Shown here in pieces: positions 34,590 to 41,373 of a stretch of DNA of 41,373 nt. Positions within the stretch are counted from its first letter, which is position 1. The number at the start of each line of letters is the position of its first letter. The translations under genes were made by a program, and so were the position numbers. Below the pieces are notes generated by a model that was given only the letters and a program-made list of their open reading frames with translations, had not been told where the DNA came from and ran no database searches. Where the stretch lies: NCBI GenBank assembly GCA_002256025.1, contig NKIB01014690.1, positions 1 to 41,373 on the forward strand, in the 5' to 3' direction. The stretch is from Asterionella formosa. Lineage: Eukaryota.

Positions 34590-35550
34590 GGACAGAGGAA
34601 ACATAAGCTGGAGCAAGACAGCCAGTGATAGTGTCAAGATGGTGGGCAAACAGTATTCCTCCAGTTTGCTTTGCAATGGCATCAGCAGCATTGAACCCAG
34701 AGGCAACATCATCAAGGGCAACAAGATCACATTCAACCCAATCAGTTAGGGCATAATGAGGGTTGTCAATGTGCCATGACTGTTTAGTAGGTTGGCCAGC
34801 ATTGGCCATCAGAAGGAAACCAGTTTTTTCCTCAGAGGGTAGGGTAGCACATATCTAGGTAACACAAAGTTCATCAAGGATGAAGCAAAGGTAGAGGGCC
34901 ATTTTCCTTGCAGCAAGAAATTCAGCTTCAGTGGAGCTGAGGGAGACTGTGGGTTCTTGGACACAAAATTTCCAGGCAATTGCAGCAGCACCAGCAAGTT
35001 TGGTGATAATCACAGATATGGAATGACAGTGATAGATATCCATAACCCAGTCAGAATCAATATACACGAAGACAGTAAACGGAGAGTATCGCTCAGTGGC
35101 AGCAGAAACATCATGCTGGAGGAGAAGTTGATCATGTGAATAGGTAAGTAAAGGAGGAGACACAAGAAGGAGAGTGGAGTGGGGTTTGACTGCAGTACGC
35201 CAACAGGTGAGACTATGTTCAATGGTACCCGAAAGGTAGCTAATGGAAATCCTGCTTAACAGCAGTGTAGTGTAAAGCTTAAGAACTGGTAGAAAACTGA
35301 CCACTGGAAAACTGAGTTCAGCAGGGTGGCAAGTGATTATTGCCCAGATAAGCTCCCTAATAGCACCACAATACCGGAAATGGGCTTGCTCTAAGGCATT
35401 ACATGCAGCCTCATTGGTAGGAGCAGTAGCAGTGTCAAGGGTGCCCATTATAGTCATTATCAGCAGGCGTGGGCAAATGTGTGGGTTTCATATCATTCCA
35501 GCTATGATTAGGAAGGAGTTTGCGGATACACAAACCACAGTGTATAAGAA
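34590..35550 (-). mobile_element. Decayed Ty1/copia retrotransposon fragment (end of RT plus RNase H)
   Basis: FRYCGAIRELIWAIITCHP, YIDSDW, TVSLSSTEAEFLAA, HYALTDWVE and NAADAIAK are spread over several frames with frameshifts and stops. Confidence 0.9.
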
Positions 35551-36573
35551 GTAAAGCCTCCACATTTCCTTTCTTTTTTTCCAATTTATGTTATCATTCA
35601 ACTAAATTCACTGAATCTCCCTCCTGCTGACAAGTTGATCATTCCTTTTGCCAATTATTCCAGATAAGGAAAATAATTTGGAAAACATCACCAACCATTC
35701 CAGTTCCAAATATTGTTTTGTTTGAACCACCAGCATTAAATGAAATAACTTATGGTCCATGTGGTTCCTGTGTTGAGCAAGCAAGCAATACTTGTACTAA
35801 TTTCCACTTCATGGCTGACAACATTATCTGTGGCATCAGGAAGTGGGACTGGTAGAATTGGGATTTCTTCCCCAAGTGAGGCCGCAGTTAGGCTTTTCGA
35901 GATAACCATTATCACTTGTTGTTGAAATATATTGCATGATGGTGATCAGCAACATGCAACATCACATCACTATTACCAGTGGTGGTGGTCCTGCACTGAC
36001 CAAGCTGGTGGTATATACAAATCAAGAAGAAAATGCATTCAATGCAACTGCAACCTCAAAAAATACTAAAATTTTCTATGTGGCAATGGACATTATAACA
36101 CATATATATATACATAGGCCCTACATATAATATGACCTCATTCATTAAGCATCTTAAGACTACTCAAGGCATAGTTAAGGAACCTGCATGGCACTTCCTG
36201 GCGTTTACATCCCAGATGATTTGAAATACTTAACCTACCCAGCCAGTATCATGGTGACTCCAGGCAATGGAAGGCAGGGATATACATACCAGTATAATAT
36301 GTAATGCATGCATATCTGCATACAAAATTGCTGGATGTGTTGTAATGTTATCCCTGTGTGCAGTCAGGTCTAGGTACTACTGTATTTAATCTTGATGTGG
36401 CAAATGTTTTGAAACAAATTATCTATACATAACATCATAACATTTTGACTACAAAGCAAAATGTCAGTTAAATATGTTTCATAGCCAATTCATACTCCCC
36501 TATTTCTAGATCTTGGAATAAAATTAAAACTTCGCATCAACGTTGATCCACTTTCAATTGACGACCAATCAAC

Positions 36574-37755
36574 ATGAACGAGAAGCAACAAGTCCATATT
36601 GCCGTAATTGGAGCTGGTTGGTGGTCACAAGGATGGCACTTGCCTCATTTGTCGAAAAACCCAGCTTCGAAAATTGCCGCGATTGTCGATTCCTCGGATT
36701 GTCCAAAATCAAATCTGAACCCTAACCTCCTATCACTCCAAGAGCTTGCCGACACCTATCAGGTGCCAATCTACAAATCCGTTCATGATTTGATTCAGGA
36801 TAAAAGTGTCCATGTGGATGGGGTGTTAGTAGCGACTCCTCATGCTACACACTACGAGGTCGGCAGGGTATTGTTGGAGGAAGCCACCCGACGACACGAG
36901 GCTGGCGAGAAAGCCTTGCACATCAAGATGGAAAAACCAATGACTACGGATGTTGAAGAGGCCAAAAAGCTGAACCAGTTGATTCAAGAGTACCGAGCAA
37001 TTGGAGGCCAAGGAACATTCATGGTGAATCATTCGGCAAACTATAGAATGCAAGCTCGCAAGGCGCGGGAGCTGGTCGAGACTGGTGCTATTGGAGAGAT
37101 TCAGCACATCACGTGCTTTTTTGCCTCTCCTCTCATGTGGATATTTGACGATCCAGCCAACAAGTCTTGGAACGAACCCAACGGAAGTATGCTCGGCAAT
37201 GGATTTGCTTGGGGCCAATCGTGTCACCTGTTAGGATGGGTCTACCACGTCTGTCCGAATCTTGTTCCAGTGTCGATATTTTGTGCCATGAACACATCCG
37301 AAAAGACAGGAGCAGATTTGTCTCACGCAGCGACTGTAATCTGCAACGGAAATACAATTATGTCGGTGTCTGGGACTACTTATTTACCTGGCAACGAGCA
37401 TTCGCCAACGCCGGTTGGAAAGAAGGTTTTTGTTCATATTTACGGAAGTAAGGGTGCTTTGTTGTATGATGGGGAAGATCTTGATCAGTCTTCAGGAAAA
37501 CTTGAGCTTCGACAAGGTGGGGTTAATTTCGGTTTCCCCTCCTTTCCCTGTGGTGATGACCTTGGATTTGACTTTGAAAATACTGCCGAAGATGGCATAG
37601 GACCAGAGTCTATGCAATCCTTCCTTGAGGCTTGTCATGGGCAAGATGATTATTACGTTGGTGCAGATTCGATGCTGGGGCTACGGACGATCCAGACTAT
37701 AGAGGCAATGTACCGAAGCAATGCATCTAAAAGACTGGAACAAGTGCTGTTCTAA
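36574..37755 (+). CDS. Gfo/Idh/MocA-family NAD(P)-dependent oxidoreductase, 393 aa
   Basis: IAVIGAGWW (Rossmann fold), VLVATPHATH, MEKPM and GAIGEI. Confidence 0.9.
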   Translation: MNEKQQVHIAVIGAGWWSQGWHLPHLSKNPASKIAAIVDSSDCPKSNLNPNLLSLQELADTYQVPIYKSVHDLIQDKSVHVDGVLVATPHATHYEVGRVLLEEATRRHEAGEKALHIKMEKPMTTDVEEAKKLNQLIQEYRAIGGQGTFMVNHSANYRMQARKARELVETGAIGEIQHITCFFASPLMWIFDDPANKSWNEPNGSMLGNGFAWGQSCHLLGWVYHVCPNLVPVSIFCAMNTSEKTGADLSHAATVICNGNTIMSVSGTTYLPGNEHSPTPVGKKVFVHIYGSKGALLYDGEDLDQSSGKLELRQGGVNFGFPSFPCGDDLGFDFENTAEDGIGPESMQSFLEACHGQDDYYVGADSMLGLRTIQTIEAMYRSNASKRLEQVLF

Positions 37756-37946
37756 ACTTTAATTTGATCGTAGATTTCATTATATCTTTACACATTCCAA
37801 CAGTTGTCTGCGGCAAAATGGCAAGATCTCGATTACTTCACTCTTGATTCTGCAGCTTCATGCAAACAAAATATCGCCTAGTTATTCTTGTATACTACTA
37901 TCAACACGCATACATGGAGCACATTTCCCAATCAACCCTCAAAGGC

Positions 37947-39362
37947 TTAGTCTTCCTTCAATTGAAGATACTTTGGATCTCCAATTCTTCTCGGACGAAT
38001 CAACTGCTTCAATGAAAAAAAGGTGGCTGCCCCTACAGAAAAGAATCCAACACCATAGAAGAAAGGCCCCATCCAGCTATTTTTACCTCCAAAATAGTTT
38101 GTTGTGCTCAAAACAAGGGATTTTGTCCCACTGAAAGAATTGATTTCCCAGTTGTTTTGGATTTCAAATTCCAGTGTTTCATTTGCTAAAATTGGCGTAT
38201 CGATCCATCCATACAACTTTCTGAAGTTTGACAATGTGGCAACGCGCATCCAGACGATGAAATGCTCGTTCTCAACCCCTTGAATAGGGCTTATCACGTT
38301 AGGGTATGTCTGTGTAAGGAGCGATGAATTAATCAGTAGGTTGAAGCACAAAGTGATGGCAATTTTCAATGATTTCTTTACTCGTGATACTCACCTCGTA
38401 CAAATACTGCGTTGTATCATCATCTGGATAGGTGTATGACCAGCAAGTTCCATTTTCAATATAGGGCTCGTTGCAACTCCAATAGTCCCCTGCACAACAA
38501 GAATCGTCACAAGCCGCACACTCCTTTTTTTCGAATCCGTCTGGCTGTTTGAACTTGTATTCTATATCAGACTGCCATGCTATCCCAGTTTCAATCATTT
38601 CCGCGGTTGACGAGGCAGATCTGGACTTGAGAGAAATGACGTCGTTGAACATGGTATTGGCAATGAGGCCGCAAGGATTTATTTTGATGTTCCCGAGAAT
38701 ATTCAAAGGGTTACAATATTCTGCATACAACGACAATTGCGTCAATGAACCAGCCAACTAAATGATGGGAAGGTGAAAGAGGACATGTCAGGGATACGTA
38801 TTAGAACATTGGTATTGGCTAATTCATTCCTTCCCTTGTTCATTACCAATTCGATTGAAACAGTCAAACAAATGGACGCACCTGATAAGGATCAAATGAT
38901 TTGATGTATTTGCGATGATTTTGATGAAAGTTTTCGATCTGATAATGTACTAGAATAGGAGGAAACATATCTTTTGGGGCAACAAGTCGAATCGTGCAGG
39001 TTCTGTTTTCGTTCGCCTTCACAATTCCACAATCGGCATCGGGATTCTCAAAATTGTCGTATTTATGGACGACTTCCACAGAGCTGTTGCTCAGTGATTG
39101 AACCTTGAATCCTGTAGAAATACGGCGATAATGGATAAGTAATGGAACAAGAACAGTCCATTCAAGGAAACGCACGCGCAACTTTGGAAGGGTACACACC
39201 TGTTGGAATGAGGATTGCACCAATCACAAAAAAGGTGACGATGACCCACCAAGGGTCCAACACGGGATACCATGCAGGAATGCGTTGCTGGCGGAGTGCT
39301 GTGTCCAAAGGTCGAAAGGTTTGCTCCGAAAGGGGAACCACAGAATCGTCGTCGTCCTGCAT
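37947..39362 (-). CDS. CDC50: CDC50/LEM3 (ALIS) P4-ATPase flippase beta subunit; exons 39362..39200, 39111..38882, 38757..38395, 38309..37947, 372 aa
   Basis: QQRIPAWYP, NFHQNHRKY, PCGLIANTMFND, GIAWQSD, NEHFIVWMRVA and GGKN. Three GT-AG introns keep the frame. Confidence 0.94.
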
Positions 39363-39409
39363 GATCGAAAATTTGGAATTGTTATTGTGTGGTAAAATAA
39401 ACGCATGAA

Positions 39410-39655
39410 TAATTACCGGTAAAATTCACTTGCAATCCTTTTGCTTGTTGTTTCCACTTTTTTTGTTAGAATTTTTACATTTATGCCGGTATGTACATTT
39501 CCTGAGAGAACAATACAGGTGTTTACATAGAAAACCGGAAACTAATAAAATATGTGGTAGAGTGCTGGTATGACTACTGGTACAGGTGCGTTTAACCGCC
39601 GGGTACCTGGTACCCTGGTGGCGTACTAGCCCATCAAGTAGAATACCGGTATGTA
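39410..39655. repeat. GTAC/TACCGGTA motif cluster upstream of CDC50
   Basis: ttaccggtaa (~39413), gggtacctggtaccc (39601-39616) and ataccggtat (~39643). Confidence 0.7.
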
Positions 39656-40531
39656 AAAAATTCAACACGCGCAGTATAAAATATTCTGGTTTACTTGGCA
39701 GGAGGACAAATACTGGAAAGTGCAAATGTGTCAGCCAAAAAATACACCCTCCTGCTGTACTCACACTTTCAGAAGTCTAATGGACTACTCCCTCATCCTA
39801 ACAAGTTCTAAATGTATGCTGCACTCCCACCAAGGATGATGGATGTGAAAGGTTCTTCAAGGAAATGCATATGTTGATTTGAAAATCCTCCTGTATGCAG
39901 CACTGATTATGTTGATGACTTAGTTCCAGGTAAGGTTTGATGCACAGCTATTTGTACCAGCTGAAAACTGTGAGCAAGTGACATGATATATTTTGACTAA
40001 AAGAGTTTGAGCATAAATGGCTGGAGAAAGCACATGTGCTAAGATTTGACAATTTTGTTTCAAAATAAGAGTAAGACATCCTTGGTAATGCATGGAGAAA
40101 ATTTGTCCATACCTGCCTAATGATTGATGAGTGATTTTGCCAGTTCTTCCCAGTCACCCAAGTTACTACTTTGGTCAATTCAGATTTTATGCCATTCAAC
40201 CAAGTAAGTAGCATGGTACCTGGTATATTTTTCCACCTAGATAACGTATTCATGGCAATTTAATAATACTCCAGCATTTATTTCGTCGCTGACTCATCAT
40301 CATCACTGACTATCTGGACCTGGTTACCAGGTACCAGTACTATATTTCGTCCAGAAATCGGTATATCGGTGCTAGTCTACATGTTTACGATATTCACACT
40401 GCATATCAGAGACAGCGACATTTGCTTACTGTCATCTTTTACCATTAACGATTGTAAAGGAAGTTCATCATCCGATGCCGATGGCAGCGCATACTACTTG
40501 ATCTGAAAATTTGCGATAATAGGTATCTCAA

Positions 40532-41373
40532 TGTATGAGAACAGACTATAGTCTAAGGATAATCTAAACGACGTACTTCGAAAGTAAGTTCTAGAAATTG
40601 TGAGATTAGACTAGCTAAAGATTGACTGATAGAAAGTCAAAGAATAATTGCAACTGATGGCAGTTGGCAACAATGAACAATTTGAAAATAAGTTGAAATA
40701 CAACCATGGAAGGTCTCATGGAAAATGACGTCAGAAAAGCATCACAAGATATAAATATCTTGTACTCCCTCGTGAAGAAGCAGATAAAAGGGGAACGAGA
40801 AAAGAGATTACCAACCCATAAGTTTCTTCCGAAGATAGATAAAAGTAACAGCTGGTAAGGGTTTAGTGAATATATCAGCCATTTGATCAAAGGAAGAAAT
40901 AGGGAATATCTTGATGAGCCCTGAATTGACGTGAGAACGGAAATGATGATACTTCAGACCAATATGTTTAGTGCGAGGACGAATCTTGTGGTCAAAAGCA
41001 AGAGCAAGCGCACCAGCATTGTCCTCAAATAAAGAACAGTACAGCAGGGCTTGGCGCGTAGTAAAATGAAAAACACGTTGAAGCTCGACAAGAATGTTAA
41101 GAAGAGGGATAACATCACGGAGGGATTGAGAGAGGGCGATGTACTCCGCTTCTGTAGTAGAGATAGCAACTTCACTCTGTAATTTGGAAAGCCAAAAAAG
41201 GGGACAACCAGCAAAACAAATGACAAAACCAGTACGGGACATAACAGAGATAGGATCTTGGGCATCACCAACATTCCAAAGACCAGCAAAATCCGCGTCG
41301 ACAAAGCAATGAATGGATTGGGTAGCATCCGGGGTGTAGATTATTCCGGTGGTGGAAGTGCCAGCAAGATAGC
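40532..41373 (-). mobile_element. 3' end of an intact-looking Ty1/copia LTR retrotransposon: RNase H, PPT and putative 3' LTR; continues beyond the window
   Basis: Uninterrupted pol frame ending at 40808. A purine tract GAGGGAG lies on the minus strand at 40771..40765. The LTR presumably runs from 40764 to about 40532-40600; the far end is uncertain. Confidence 0.88.
40808..41373 (-). CDS. Copia pol C-terminus (RNase H), 5'-partial
   Basis: YLAGT..GIIY, CFVDADFAG, SRTGFVI, WLSKLQSEVAISTTEAEYIALS, FEDNAGA, RPRTKHI and QMADIFTKPL, with no stops. Confidence 0.93.
   Translation of the reverse strand, partial: YLAGTSTTGIIYTPDATQSIHCFVDADFAGLWNVGDAQDPISVMSRTGFVICFAGCPLFWLSKLQSEVAISTTEAEYIALSQSLRDVIPLLNILVELQRVFHFTTRQALLYCSLFEDNAGALALAFDHKIRPRTKHIGLKYHHFRSHVNSGLIKIFPISSFDQMADIFTKPLPAVTFIYLRKKLMGW

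Overview
Eukaryotic nuclear DNA, most likely from a diatom. The evidence is short GT-AG introns, signal peptide + Phe (ASAFAP-type) plastid presequences and Ty1/copia elements; the taxon is my inference. The window holds about 16 compact protein-coding genes. Five were reconstructed by hand across introns: a J-domain protein, a GDA1/CD39 NTPDase, a DHHC palmitoyltransferase, a WD40 protein and CDC50. Others include RPC25, NOP15/NIFK-like, COQ9, RPN9, a rhomboid-like protein, a plastid-targeted PtpB/IphP-type phosphatase and a Gfo/Idh/MocA oxidoreductase. A 729-aa orphan carries motifs resembling Treslin/Sld3. Two pseudogenes are not evident from the ORF track: an ATG9 fragment and a fucosyltransferase-like gene. 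There is one decayed Copia element and one intact-looking Copia 3' end. The main unexplained structure is non-coding. Clusters of self-complementary GGTACC(A/T) and TACCGGTA words sit 5' of many genes, often where CpG-rich gene DNA meets strongly CpG-depleted relic DNA. No rRNA, tRNA or CRISPR array was recognised. Family assignments come from remembered motifs, not database searches.
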